DNA of 64,000 bases, from positions 188,170,001-188,234,000 of the forward strand of contig CM059427.1 in NCBI GenBank assembly GCA_030390025.1. Reading direction: 5' to 3'. The first letter of the stretch is position 1; the number at the start of each line of letters is the position of its first letter. The notes beneath the pieces are model-generated. The model was given only the letters and a program-made list of their open reading frames with translations, was not told where the DNA came from and ran no database searches. This document shows positions 40,570-54,107 of the stretch, piece after piece. Position numbers and translations under genes: made by a program. This stretch comes from Squalus acanthias. Its lineage: Eukaryota.

Positions 40570-42720
40570 TTTGTGTAATTCCCATCTTTAGAAAGGATAG
40601 GGAAACTGGAAGAGGAGAAGGGGTAGCCTTATTGATTAAAGACACTATTAAAACAGTAGCAAAAGATGGTAGAGGTAAGGGAAAGCAATCAACGGCTACT
40701 CTGTGGTTAGAATTGAGCAACAAGAGAGGACAAAACTGAGTTGTCTACAGGCCTCCTGATAGCAGCAATGAAGTGGCAGAATGTAGTCATTTAGAGATTA
40801 GAGAGACTTGTTGTAAAAGCAGAGTTGCTTTACTGGGAGACTTCAATTTTGATGCAGGCTGGGAAGAGCAGAGTCGCTCAAGTCAAAAAAGCAGTGAATT
40901 TTTTGAGTGCATTCAAGGTAGTTTTCTCGAGCAATATGTTCTCGAACCAACAAGAAGGCAGGCCATACTAGATTGAGTCATGAGTAATGAGCTAGACTCA
41001 GTGAATAATCTAACAGTAAGGGAACATTTATCTAACAGTGATAATAATATGACTGAATTCAATGTTAGGTTTGAAAAGGAGAAACGTAACACTGTTACTA
41101 AGATTTTAGATTTTGGCAAAGCTAACTTTAACGAGATAAGGCAGAGACTGACGAGAGCAATCTGGTCAAAACTGTCATTGGGTAAAACTACAGAGGAACA
41201 GTGGGAGTTGTTCAAAAAGGAACTTAATGCAGGACCAGTCTATAACCCTAAGAGAAAACTGACCAAATTACTTACCAAATAAAACAGCCATGGCTGACAA
41301 AAGAGGTGAGAGATAACATCAAACTAAAGGAAAGAGCATAGAGAAGTGCAAAGAATAGTGTAGATCCAGGGGACTGGGAGAGGTATAAAGAACAGCAAAG
41401 CAAAACAGAAAACTAGTAAGAGCTGCAAAAAGGGAACGGAAAGAAACCTGCGAGAGATATCAAGATTAACACAAAAAGTTTTCTAATTATATTTGAAGAA
41501 AAAGGGTAGTCAAGGGTAATGTGGGCCTTTAAAAACAGATGCAGGTAATATTGCAAATGAAATGAAGTAATGGCAGACTTGTTGAATAATTACTTTGTAT
41601 CAATCTTCACAGTCGAGGAATAGGATAATATACCTAACATTCCAGGCAAACTAATAAAGGACTGGAACTTACTAAAGTTAATGTAAGAAAGAAAATAGTA
41701 TTAGAACAAATAAATGGCACTAAAGCCGACTCCTGCTCCTATTTCTTATGTTCTTACATCCCCAGAACCTGATGGTTTCCACCCCAGGGTTTTAAAGGAA
41801 GTAGGTGAGGAAATTGCAGATACTTTAGCCATAATCTTCCAAAGCTCTTTCAATTCAAGAATTGTCACTTTAGATTGGAAAATTCCAATGTAACTCCATT
41901 AATTAAGAAAGATGAGAGAAACAAGGAAATTATAGACCTGCCAGTCTAACCTCTGTTATGGGGAAGTTATTGGAATTTATAATTAAGGACAGAGTGACTG
42001 AGCACATGGAGAGATTTGAGTTGATTAGAGAGAGCCAACATGGATTTGTAAAGCCGATGTCATGTCCACCTAACCTAATTGATTTTTTGAGGAAGTAACT
42101 AAGTAGCTAAGTAGTCGACAGGGAAATGTCTATGGATGTAGGTTATATGGACTTCCAGGAGGCATTGGATAAGGTTCCACATAAGAGACTGTTAGCTAAA
42201 TTTAAAGCTCCTGGAATTGAAGCCAAATTATTGAACTGGTTAGGAGATTGGTTAGGCGGTAGAAGACAGAGAGTAGGGATAATGGGCATGTACTCGAATT
42301 GGAGCAAAGTGAATAGTCTTATCTGACAAGGATGTGTGCTGGGGCCTCAACTATTCATTATATTTATTAAAGACATGGATAACACAAGAGAGAGCCACGT
42401 ATCCAAGTTGGCCAAAGATTGCTGGCATAGTAAGTCGTATAGTAGTGGACGGAAGCATAAAATTACAAAGAGACATTTGTAAATTAAGTGAGTGAGAAAA
42501 ACTGCTCAATGGAAGCAAGTGTGAGGTTATCCATTTTGGAACAAGAAAGGATAGATCCGAGTATTTTTTTAAATGGTGAAAAGTTAGGTACAGTGGAGGT
42601 CCAAAGAGATTTAGGGGTCCACGCACACAGATCACTAAAATGTAGCGGTCAGGTACAAAAAATAATCAACAAGGCTAATGCAGGGGCTGAATGGCCTACT
42701 CCTGTTCTTCTGCCATGTGA
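40570..42720 (+). mobile_element. Old degenerate CR1 ORF2 (APE + RT)
   Basis: GEGVALLIK, LGDFNF, EPTR.QAILD, YMDFQEALDKVPH; many stops and frameshifts. Confidence 0.85.
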
Positions 42721-42909
42721 TTCTGAAATGCAGACAGTCTAATTCTGCTAATTATGGAGTTTGGGCAGACTGCAGAAGGATGCACCAGGGCTTGATCCTA
42801 AACAGGAGGAATAAGGCAGAAACCTTCTAATACTATCCGATCGTGTGACCTTCTCAGGCAGTTAAAACAGCCCATGAAGAAGTCTGCATTACCCTCCCTT
42901 TGGGAAAGA

Positions 42910-43172
42910 ACTTTTATTTATATAGAGCCTCGCACTCCTCAGGATGGCCCAAAGCACGTTACAGCCAATGGTTTATTTTTGAAGTATGGTCACTTGTTGC
43001 TTGTTGTGGGCACATGTGGCAGCTGATTTTTCCACAGCGAGGTCCCACAAACAGCAATCAGATAAATAATCAGTTTACCTGTTTTTGGTGGTGTTGGTTG
43101 AGAGATCACTGGGAGAACTCCTCTGCTCTGTTCCAAATCCTGCCATGGGAACTTTTACATGCACCTGAGCAG
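42910..43172 (-). mobile_element. Degenerate SINE (shark DeuSINE-like)
   Basis: tttatatag..ctcaggat..cccaaagc..tacagccaatg..cccacaaacagcaat..gccatggga..ttttac..cacctgag pattern recalled from elasmobranch SINEs. Confidence 0.45.
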
Positions 43173-45147
43173 GGATTATTTTCCCCAAATTTCCCAACTT
43201 GTGATCCCGTCATCATGAAGTGACTGACCTCCCCCTCCCCCACACCTACACCGCATCCTGAAATTCCTGGGGACTACTTGGTATTTTCTTCTAAATTAAT
43301 CCAAATAAAAGGAAATATTTTATGTCGATGAGATGAATTTTCTACGTTTCATTTCCTTTTCATTTTAACATTAAATAATAATAGGAACAACAATTCTAAA
43401 GACTGACAATAAGCGATATGACAGGGAATTAGGTTAAACTAGTATTTTTTGTCCCTGTCCCACACCAGCCATTCTGGACCACAGCCTGGTTACCATGAAG
43501 GTGAGAGCTGGGCTCAGGATTCCCTCAGACCCATTCCACTGCCTGTTGGTCCTTCTTCCCCTTTGTTTTACTTTCTCAATCCCTCCTCTCTCTAGAAATG
43601 TATCTGGTCTTACCTGGTATTTAATTCCATGACTAATATCCTTACATTGAAAGCATTCTCCCCGCCCTCCCTTCCTATTCCAAATTTAATTTGTGCCACC
43701 TGGTATTTGCTCCCCTCATCATACGGAGCAACTTGTACGGATCAATTGTGTCTGCTCTCGTTAGCATCTTGGAAATTTCTGGCTGACAACCTCCAGGTGT
43801 GACTCCCTTAACCTTTCCTGATAAATTACACTCCTGATCTCCAGAATCATCTTTCTTGATCATCTCTGTAATCTTCCGAAGGTAATAATATCCTTCCTGT
43901 GATTGTCCAAAGCTGTACAGAGTAGTGCAGAGAGGGTTCTACTCAGTTCATATAATGTTGTGCCTAAAGGTTTAAGTCCTTCTGAATCTGGTTATATTGT
44001 TATTGATTTGCCCTCTATCATCTTCTGTTATCTGGAGCGGTCGTCTCCCAATCCTCCCTGCTGGATTAGATGGGAGGACATCACGAATTAACCTTACAAG
44101 TGTGATGCAATCGGCCAAACATGCTAATGAACCCATCCCCGGGATTTGGGATGTTGTCACTGTTCATGACTGGAGGCGGCAGGGAGTCGCGGTCTGACCT
44201 TATTCAGTAGCGGAGCTGGAACCCCAGAATTTCGACCCTGGCACTTCATGGTATAACACTCCTTTCATTAAAAAACAGCAGCTTCTCTGATTTACCATGA
44301 GTTCTGCCATTTAAGATCCTCCAGTAACATTTAAAATAACAGATCACAAGACTGACCCCTTTGCGACCCATCCCGAAATGTTTTTGAGCTTGATAGTTCC
44401 CATTTCCAGCTACCCTCTGTTTCCTTTTTTGAGCTAATTTTCTATTTCAGCTCAAACGCGTTCAACACCAATGCTGCGTGAACCCTGAGCTGAAATGGAA
44501 GAGGAAGCTCGCCTGCCCTGTAGTTTCACAAGAGACAGCGCCATTTACTTTGTGCAGAGCAACGACTGAGAGCCTCAGTGTGTTGTGTGTCGCTGTGCTG
44601 GGAGCTTTGCTGCTCAGTCTCTGGACTTCTTCACTAGTCTCTTCCCACAAGGTAGGCAATCTTACTGCAATCATTCTTTTTAAAGGATTGGTTTAAATGT
44701 GGTTTAAATAACTGAACACATTTCTCAAAGATCTTGTCCCTTTTTGATCTTTTACTCTTTCAAATCAGTTCTTCTGTTGCACCCTGTTCCTCTTTAGACT
44801 AAACAACGGCATCAAGTGCTTATTTATTTGGCTTTGTCTCATTTTTTATAAAGTTCGAAGAATGAGGGTATCCACAAACCTAATCCTCCTTCTTTCATCC
44901 CACTTCTCCCCCATCCCACAATCTCTTTTGTCTGAAAAGCTGCAGATGGTGTAAGTGCGCACTTCTTACTTTCTCCTCTCCCCTCACCACAATCCTTTTT
45001 CATTTCAAATAACCAAGAACCATATTATCAAATCTTTTTAAAGGATGATGTATTTTTCTGAAATATGGCTATTCCATTACAAGTGACTGCATCTTCAAAT
45101 GCCATATCCTACCAACTGCACTACTAGCCCCAGCCACTGCTCAATTC

Positions 45148-46165
45148 ACCCGAGATGAAATGTTTTTGAATTACAAGTTGTAAAAGGTACAAATAGGAAG
45201 GCTTTGAAAATATAATATCAATAGATGACACCAAGCAATTACATTGTGTTTGTATTGAAAATTGAATAGTTAGGAGACACGACGTCTGGCTTACAAGTAG
45301 CTAAGTTATATTAGAAATTCAATAGGAAGACTTCCTAAGAATCACATCAAATAAATACTACTGTGATATTGTATTTTATGATGGTTTTTGCAACACCTAA
45401 ACAGGAGACAAGTCTAAAAGCTAACAGCTGATATGACAATAAAGAATAGAAGAAAGTCAGCAAAGAATGACTTGAGACAATTAGCTTACAGCAGGAAAAC
45501 TTCAAAGGATAAACCACCAAAAAAAGATATAAAAATAAGAGCTTTTCAGATGGAAAGTCAGAAGTCGCTGGGAAGGCAAGCGCCCCTCAACTTCACAGAC
45601 ACGCTCTGTAAGTTTTTCACTTTGAGTCTCGGGTAATCAAGGTATTTGATTTTGGTGGATATTCTGGATTAAGAAATAAGTAGAAGTGTGGAAATGTAAT
45701 GAAGTTAAGATTTGAGAATAAGGATCTCTGATAAGAAATGTAAGCTATTTGTATTTTGAACGGTTAAAGTTGCGATTGCGATAACTAAATGTTAACTAAA
45801 TGTTGGTTCTTTAATAAATCTATATATTTTTTAGAATTATATCACAGAGTATTTCTGTATCATCTCACAAACTCAATTTCTGTACACTCTTCAGAGAGGA
45901 GTTGCAGAATTCTGGGGGGTAAACCGGACCCTCATAATATCCGGAAGGTAACAGTCTAGTTAAACTTATTAAAAGTACTATCCGGAGGACAGTAACATCT
46001 TCAGACCGTTTCTTTCCTTTAGGGAGAGATAGTCTGACCTTTATACCCAATTAAGCATCTTATGGGATCTGGCTATCTCTAACTTTAGTTAAAGGTGAAC
46101 GTCTGGGGAATACGCCTGATCTGGGGTAGTCCGAAAGGGCATGGACTTGTAATTATCCCTTCACA
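45148..46165 (+). mobile_element. 5'-truncated solo LTR; same family as 63195-64000
   Basis: 45148-45490 matches 63660-64000; ends CCTTCACA, the inverted complement of the TGTGAAGG start at 63195. Confidence 0.75.
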
Positions 46166-47213
46166 CTGACCTTGAACACTTGTGTGAGGCCATTAAACTT
46201 CTTCCTGCACTGTATCTTGGAGCTAAACACCTGGCATTGACCTCCACGGCTATCTCTTGCCGCTGCCTTTTGAGCAAGTGCCTGGAGGACCTCCTGCCCC
46301 CCTGAGGATACTAGACATCTTTCCTCTGTTCCACCTCTTCAACCACGACCACCAGTGCAGCGACCGAAAGCAATGGTACACGCTCTCTCCCATGGTCAGC
46401 CATTGTTGATTGTTGCACAGCGCACTATTCCCATTGATGTCAGCACCTCCAGAGCCACAATCCCCCTCCCCTTGAAGGTGATATTTAAGTAGTGCTAGGC
46501 ACTCCCGAAATTGGGTCCCCTGCTGCTGCGTGCAGCTAATGAACAGCGCGGGGAGCACTGGCTTCACGCAAAGATCATGGTAATACGCAGGCAGCACAAA
46601 GTTATCATCCTGCCTGCATTTCAATCACCGGGCATGGGTTAATCACGCATCGCGATCCCTGCGCACACTTTCAAGGGTTATTCAACTTAACCCCTACTAC
46701 CTTTAAAGAATTCTGTGTGGAAATCTATAAAGAGAAGGATTACTGCCCATTTACAGTTATCTGGGCCTTGGCAGTTCATTGAAGGATGTCAATGTGGTTA
46801 ATCCAAAACAGTGACACTAAGAGAACCATCTACTGCTTTGGGTCACTCACATGACCTAAATCAGGACCAGTTTAACAAACCCATGACCATTTCATTATTG
46901 TCCGACATTTTAAAGATCCATAAGCAAAAAATCTAGCTTGTGTTTCGGAGTGAGTATTATACGTTTTATTTGTAACGCTAATTATAAAAATGATTAGTTT
47001 CACGTAACTTTCAGACACAAGGCTCACAATATAAGGTGTCAGCCGGGGCTCAGTGGTAGCACACTCACAGGTATGTTTGAGGCAGAGACAATTGCATCTT
47101 TAAGGGAAAACTGGATGAATATTTGAGGCAGGGTAAGATTTAGGTCTTTGAGAGAGAGTGGGGCAGTGGGGTTAGTTTTTGGATTGTTCGAGCAAAGTGC
47201 TGGCACAGACACA

Positions 47214-47305
47214 ACGGGACAAATTCTTCTGTGACGTAATCTTCAATGTCTCTCTGGAAAGGAGGGATGACATTGAGGATTACGTCACAGAAGAATTTGT
47301 CCCGT
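47214..47305. repeat. 37-bp-arm inverted repeat (hairpin) at a CR1 tail; partial second copy 48803-48875
   Basis: ACGGGACAAATTCTTCTGTGACGTAATCTTCAATGTC / GACATTGAGGATTACGTCACAGAAGAATTTGTCCCGT, one G-T mismatch, 18-nt loop. Confidence 0.9.
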
Positions 47306-47950
47306 CCTTTTCCCTTCCCATGGGCGGAAGAGACCTCCATAGGAGATCAACACAGTCTGTTTGCACATTGCAGAGGAGGGCACAAGCAGGGATGTGGTCA
47401 TGAGGACCTGGGTGCAGTGCCGCAAATGTTTCAATGATCTCAGTAGATCATGAAATGTTAGTACAAAGCCACACTCAACCTCATCCTGCTGTGCCACTCA
47501 TCACATCCCCATCACTCTGCCTTCCCTACCCTACTCCTGCACATCCTTACTCACATCAACTTACCTTGGACTGCCACCCATCCCTCTCTATCTATACTAT
47601 CACATTCCCATCTCACTAGCCACCCTCACACTCACCCTCATTCTAGTGCAATCAGACCAGCTAGCAACACAGAAGGGCAGCAACTTGGGGGTTTTATGCA
47701 ATGTTCATGTCAATTTTCTGTTAATGTGGTGTCACACATTGAAACCTTTATTTTCAATACTTTGCGTTCTTTGACAGATTTATGTGCACCTTTGGATGTG
47801 GTTTACTGAGTTGTCGTGAATGGTGAGACATAACGGCACCCCCACATGGTGATGAGTGTGAAAGGAATGGCTTGGACATTGTAGGGATGCTTTATACTGT
47901 TGGTGTGGGGTGGTGCCAACCTGGCGCATCATGTGGCATCCAGGGTGTAC
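47306..47950. mobile_element. Harbinger derivative fragment (inverted relative to 2169-3660)
   Basis: Myb exon remnant ([13 protein letters not shown]) and shared non-coding sequence. Confidence 0.7.
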
Positions 47951-47954
47951 ATAG

Positions 47955-48790
47955 AGTCATGAGTCATAAAGGCACAGAAGGAGGCCATTCGGCCCATTGA
48001 GTCCATGCCGGCTCTCTGTAGAGCAATCCAGTCAGTCCCATTCCCCCGCTGTATCCCCGTAGCCCAGCAAGTTTATTTTGCTCAAGTGCCTATCCAGTCT
48101 CCCCTTGAAAATATTGAGTGTCTCCGCTTCCACCACTTCTGTCGGCAGCGAGTTCCAGGTCCTCACCACTCGCTGCGTAAAAAGGTTTATCCTCCCATCC
48201 CCCCTGTGTCTCTTGCCCAAAACTTTAAATCTGTGTCTCCTAGTGCTTGTACCATCAACTAGTAGGAACAGCCTTTCCCTGTCTAGGCTATCCAAACTCA
48301 TCATAATCTTGTACACCTCTATCTAATCACCCCTCAACCTCCTTTGCTCTAATGAAAACAAATCCAGCTTCTCCAACTTGTCCTTGTAGCAAGGATCCCC
48401 CATTCACGGAACCATTCTGGTAAATCTCCTCTGCACCCTCTCAAGTGCCTTCACATCCTTCCACGGGGGAGTCCAGAACCAGGGGTCACAGTCTAAGGAT
48501 AAGGGGTAAGCCATTTAGGAGTGAGATGAGGAGGAATTTCTTCACCCAGAGAGTGGTGAACCTGTGGAATTCGCTAACGCAGAAGGCAGTTGAGGCCAAT
48601 TCATTAAATATATTCAGGAAGGAGTTAGATATATTTCTTAAGGCTAATGGGATCAAGGGATATGGGGAGAAAGCAGGGACAGGGTACTGAATTTGGATGA
48701 TCAGCCATGATCGCATTGAATGGCGGAGCAGGCTCGAGGGGCCGAATGGCCTACTCCTGCTCCTATCTTCTATGCTTCTATGATTCTATG
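47955..48790. mobile_element. Two CR1 3' fragments, head-to-head (minus 47955-48460; plus 48460-48790)
   Basis: FTQRVV motifs on both strands; the plus copy has the same 3'UTR as 20217-20316. Confidence 0.85.
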
Positions 48791-49744
48791 TACTTGCAGA
48801 CACAACAGGACAAATTCTTCTGAGATGTAATCTTCAATGTCTCCATAGAAAGGAAGGATGGCATTGAAGATTATCGTGAGCAATTATCTTTGTATCCATC
48901 CAAAAGAGCCTAATCTTGGACATAATCATTTACTTGTTACAATTTTGCCTGAGATGTAGAGGAACAAGAATTACAGCTGAGAGAATAAACACAAAGACAG
49001 TGATCTTGTGGAAGGAATGGTGTTCATCCAACCTCATTCCAACCCATTTCCACACACACACACACAACCATGAACACACGTGTATTTGTGTGCAGACATG
49101 CATTAGAGAGAAATAACTTTTATTTATATACTGCGCTTGACATCGAGGCAGCATTTAACCATGTGTGGCACCAAGGAGCCCCAGTAAAACTGAAGACAAT
49201 GGGGATCAGGGGGAATACTCTCCAGTGTTTGGAGTCAAACCTGGGACAAAGGAAGATGTTTGTGGTCATTGGAGGCCAATTATTTCAAACTGAGGATATT
49301 GCTGCCCATCATTTTGGTAGCTTAGGACGCCATTTTGTGCCCTTAAAACAGGGGCTGCTTGGTGAGATTTTTTCGGACTATAAGTCCCAGACCCAGATAG
49401 GCTGCTTCCAACTCCAGGCTGCTGATTTGAATCATGTGCAATCTCAAGACAAAGAATTTAATTGCTTAATAGAGTGCACCAACCTGAGGGAACATTATCA
49501 AATAGCTCGCACAACTGACAAGCAAAATATATTGGTGCACAGGTGTGATCGAACTAAGCGGACTCTGATTTGGCTCAGTGTTAGTGATGAACAAACCAAG
49601 ACTTTCCTTTTGGTAACTATTTCTTTTAACGCTAATCCTGACCTGTATTTTATATTATTTTACATCAGGTTGTTTTTTAAAAATGTATTCATTCCTGGGA
49701 TGTGGGCGTCGCTGGCAAGGCCAGCATTTATTGCCCATCACTAA

Positions 49745-50820
49745 ATGCCCTTGAATTTAGAATCTAGATCGAGGGGGCATAGTCTCAGAAGAAGGGGTCG
49801 CCCATTTAAGATGGAGATGAGGATGAATTTCTTCTCTCAGAGGGTCCTGAATCTTTGGAATTCTTTACCCCAGAGAGCGGTGGAAGCTGACTCATTGAAT
49901 AGATTCAAGGCTGAGATAGACAGATTTTTGAGCAACAGGCGAGACCAAGGTTATGGGGAGCGGGCAGGAAAGTGGAGTTGAGGCCAAAATCGGATTAGCC
50001 ATGATCTCATTAAATGGCAGAGCAGGCTCGAGGGGCTGAATGGCCTGCTCCTGCTCCTATTTCTTATGTTCTTATGCCCTTGTGAAGGTGGTGCCCTGTA
50101 ATATCCTTTCACTGGGGGACTAAAAATACTTGTGAAGTTTTTTTTTAAATGCACGGCAAAGATTTCTTTTAATAAATTATTCTTGAGATATTGGCATTGC
50201 TGGTAAAGCTGGCATTTTTTGCACATCACGAGTTGCCCTTGAGAAGGTGTGGGTGGGCCTTCTTCTTGAACCTCTGCAGTCCATGTGTGAAGGTGCTCCC
50301 ACAATTCTTTTAGGTTGGGAGTTCCAGGAATTTGACCCAGCGACAATGAAGGAATGGCGATATATGTGCAGTTAGGATGCTGTGTGACTTTGAGGGGAAC
50401 TTGAAGGTGATGGTGTTCCCATGCACCTGCTGCCCTTGTCCTTCTAGGTGGTGGAAGTCGCAGGTTTTGGAGGTGCTGGCGAGAATGCCTGGCGAGTTGT
50501 GCAGTGCGTCCTGTAGATAGGACACACTGTAGCCATGGTGCGCAAGTGGTGGAAGGCGGTATGTTGCCAATCAAGCAGACCACTTTGTCCTGGATTGTGT
50601 CGAGCTTTTTGCAAGTGGAGAGTATTCCATCACATTCCTGACTTGTGCCTTGTAGGTGGTGGAGACGTTTTGCGGAGTGAATTGATTCAGCAAACCCAGC
50701 ATCTGACCTGTGCTAGTAGGCACGACATTTATCTGGCTTGTACAGTTGAGTTTCTGGTCAATGGTGGTCCCATGGAAGTTGCTGGTGGTGGATTTGCTGA
50801 TAATAATGCCATTGAAAGCA
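49745..50820. mobile_element. CR1 3' end (+, 49755-50075) nested among LINE fragments (-)
   Basis: RGHSL..FFSQRV..WNSLPQ; (ttcttatg)n tail; the minus-strand fragment is related to 15690-16410. Confidence 0.75.
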
Positions 50821-51396
50821 TGTTATTATACAGATATTATCAATAAATGGAGCAGCAGTGAATAAGAAAATGCAAATTGCTGTTATTTCATATTGTCATT
50901 TGTATAAAATTCATAAATCTTCTGATCAGTTTTAATTAAATATGTATAAGTGAAAATTTTAGTGGAGTAATCTTTTGCAAGTGTACATTTTGTCCATTCT
51001 TCCTATAATAGGTAATTGCATTTCACTTTTTATTTCTACTTCAATGACTTTATTTTCAGTTGGAAAGTCTATGTGGCTGGTGGATAAGAGGTGGATTTTG
51101 CATGGACCATCGTTTATTAGGATGAGTAACTTTTATTAAACTTCTCACAGGAAGAGGTGGAGAAGAAGTTTATGAAGAAATTTACTGAAGAAGTTTATTG
51201 TACATTTTACAGTTCCAAGTTAGAATGGGGAAATAATTTGGAAAGCTGTTTTACCTCATTTCTTTCTCTTCACAGTCTGAAGTGTTAAACATATTCAGGA
51301 AATGTGCCTCGGTTTTACTTCTGGTGGTTTTCTGGTGCTATATATATATCTATATCTATATGTATATTTCTTACAGGCAAAGAGACTGAATCTGAA

Positions 51397-51484
51397 ATGA
51401 GGCTACGATTTTTCTGCAACAAAATGCCGGCTGGTTTGATGTTCAGTTTCTTTGTGTTTCTACTTCCGTCTGTTTTCACACAAA
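51397..51484 (+). CDS. Gene B leader (signal peptide) exon
   Basis: MRLRFFCNKMPAGLMFSFFVFLLPSVFTQ, ends CAAA|gtaagt in phase 1. An upstream acceptor ttcttacag|G at 51377 implies a 5' non-coding exon. Confidence 0.75.
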
Positions 51485-51623
51485 GTAAGTGCATTATTTC
51501 CACCAATCACAGTCATATTGTTTTACTTTATCATAGTGTTTAATGAATTCACCCAGCTAGTATTCAGCAAGCAAGTAAGGTCTTTATTTTCATGTCCCTG
51601 CTCCTTTAAACAGGATGTGGAAG

Positions 51624-51640
51624 TTCACTTTTCAGTTTCA
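51624..51640 (-). promoter_or_regulatory. ISRE/IRF-like motif in the intron after the gene B leader
   Basis: Minus strand TGAAACTGAAAAGTGAA (tandem GAAANN); motif match only. Confidence 0.3.
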
Positions 51641-54107
51641 ACAATGGCTCAAGTTAATAAAATGCAAAATGATATATTTCTCATTGTTCTTCAACTCCTT
51701 TTCCCAGTCTATATATTAATCTCACTGTCTGTCTATCCATCGACTCTTGCATGTAGCAATCTTCCATCACACAGCTCGATGTCACATTTCAAAGTGTCAC
51801 ACTCACTCTGTGGAGCACTCTCTGTATTCCACGATATTTCAGATTTCAACAGCCTAACAGATTGAATGTGGTACAGAATGGTTTCAAAATTAATAACAAT
51901 ATTAAAATGTTAATAAATGTTAATAACATTTGGAATTATTGGGAATCATTTTTTGTGCTCGAGGCTGTGCAACATATAAAAGTTACAGTTGGGTAAAACA
52001 TCATTTGAAAAGGTTTGAAGGTTTGTCGCTGATCCTCACTTCGGGTCACATCTTGGTTTAGTGTCGAAAGGTGTTTAAACATCACTGTGAATACATTGTG
52101 CACAGAGCCATTGTGGTTTTGGTAATTGTGATGTGAGCTTGTATTTAATCAAGAAAACAGACACATGGGATTTACTGCTTTAGATCACTTCCCTTATGAC
52201 AATGCAAATAAAATAATGGTTAAAATGAGGGTTTTATCAGTTTATTTTACCCTTGAAATGAAGGAATATGATGATTCGAAAGTGGAAATATAGCGATGAA
52301 CTATTGACTGATTGTTGTGACCACTGTCACCAGAGGCCACCTGGAATTATCCAAATGCATTAACGTTAAATGTCACCGTCACATCCACAGTTGACACCTT
52401 TCAATGATAAGGCAAAGCACCTGGTGGAAAGAGGCTGCAAGTCAGGTTTATCTTCCAAGGGCTGGTTTATCTCTGTCACGTTTCAGACAAGCGTGGAGTG
52501 GACACAGGAACCGCCCGATCTCCGCCCACCTCGTGAAACCCCGTCACAGGGAGGCGACCCGACATAACCGTATCCTGCACCAATCTCTCTCCCGCTAGCT
52601 CCTGTCCACCCTGATAATGTTCCCTGTAGACCAGGAGTCGCAAGGACATTTGGAGCCTTTATCTGCTGAAATTAGCCATGTCCTCCCTTTTTATTTTTTG
52701 TAGTAATGATGTATGTTACATTTTACAGCACAGAAACATCTCCCTCATGTATTTACTTATCTATGTTCAGAAAGCTCTGGTAATAGATACACAGAATATC
52801 TACTGGAAGTGTTCTGTTTTCCCCTGTAACAGTGCCTGCAGTGATGTGACATGATACAGTGCTTTCTCCTCATGTATTAGTGCTTCATTGTAACCTTCTC
52901 TGGACTGAACTCCTCAATGAAGGAGCTTTCCCAGCTTCTTGGGATTGTAATGGGAGAGGACTTTGCTCTCCCTTCTTGCCCAATTTTGGATAGATTGTTG
53001 TCGGCAGGGGCAGAAAGTGGGGATGGGGATCCGGCGTGCTGCTCCCTGCAGATTGTCGTCACCTCACTGAATATATGGACCCAAATATGGAGAGATTTAT
53101 TCAAATTGCGTGGAGAGGCCAAGTGTTATCAGATGTTACATTCACTGTCATTACTGCCAGAACAATGCTGGAACACAAGGGACAGCAGCATGTTCCCGGC
53201 ATCTAGCGTTGTGTTGGCTTGCGGGAGGGGATTTCAATTTCAAACACCTTTCTGAAGTAAAGCAATTGATCATGAGGCGATCAATCACCCGCCAAATTTG
53301 TCATTGATCCATAGTTGCCCCTCCTCTTCAGCTGCCTCGCAGGTAACCAGCCCTGATCTGCTGCTGCACGACCTCGAGACCCACAGCAACCACCTCCCTC
53401 CCTCTCCCAGGTGGGTTCCTCAGATCAAAGCACTAGTCCTGCTGGGAGCCCACAATAATTATGGAAATGATGCTGATCTCAGGAAATTCCCCGGGGTTCA
53501 CGGTTTGGGAAGACAGGCGGGCACGGAGTCTGCCACGCTGACCTACAGACAGATTATGGCCAAGTGGAAAATCCTGTCTCCCTTTGTTATCGGTAATCCT
53601 GTAGGTAGCCTGGTCACTGGTGGTCCAGGAGAACCAACAACGTACTGTGCATTGCACAAGAGGAGGGGAGATCACTTGTAGAGATCGCTGACCTGACTTA
53701 TGAGCCTGAAGTGTTATGACTGCACCAGTACTGTATTTAGTTTTAGGAGAATACTGATTATTGTGCTGGTAATTCAGATTTCTCAACAATATGGGAGTAA
53801 TGATTCCCTTTTCACACTCCCAGTAAATGCTGGAAATACGGATTGTGAAATTGGACACTGCAGGCCCACGAGGTCAGAGTGCAGTGGCAGAAATTCACCC
53901 TCTAATGTCCTAAAGTATCATTGGATTAGGCCAGATTGTTCCAGACAGTCAGCTCTTCACCGGGGTGTGTATGTGTCATTGCTGAATCCGTGGTATATAA
54001 AAACATGACTGTAAATAAATGAAGTCCAATATTATTAATTACAAACATGGGATTAAGGAGCTGCGATTTAAATATTTAAATACTTTCATTGTTCCTCTTT
54101 CTAACAG

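Noticed and set aside
44478-44696. Hydrophobic ORF as an alternative leader or TM exon
   Set aside because: Starts at GTG, no in-frame ATG or clear acceptor. An AAG|gtaggc donor at 44651 could mark a non-coding first exon of gene B, but nothing else supports it.
47038-47070. tRNA gene (ggctcagtggtagc A-box)
   Set aside because: Only an A-box-like SINE head fragment; no B-box or cloverleaf.
49070-49744. 224-aa ORF as a host gene
   Set aside because: Chimera of a degenerate LINE RT fragment (LDIEAAFNHVWHQG) and non-coding sequence.
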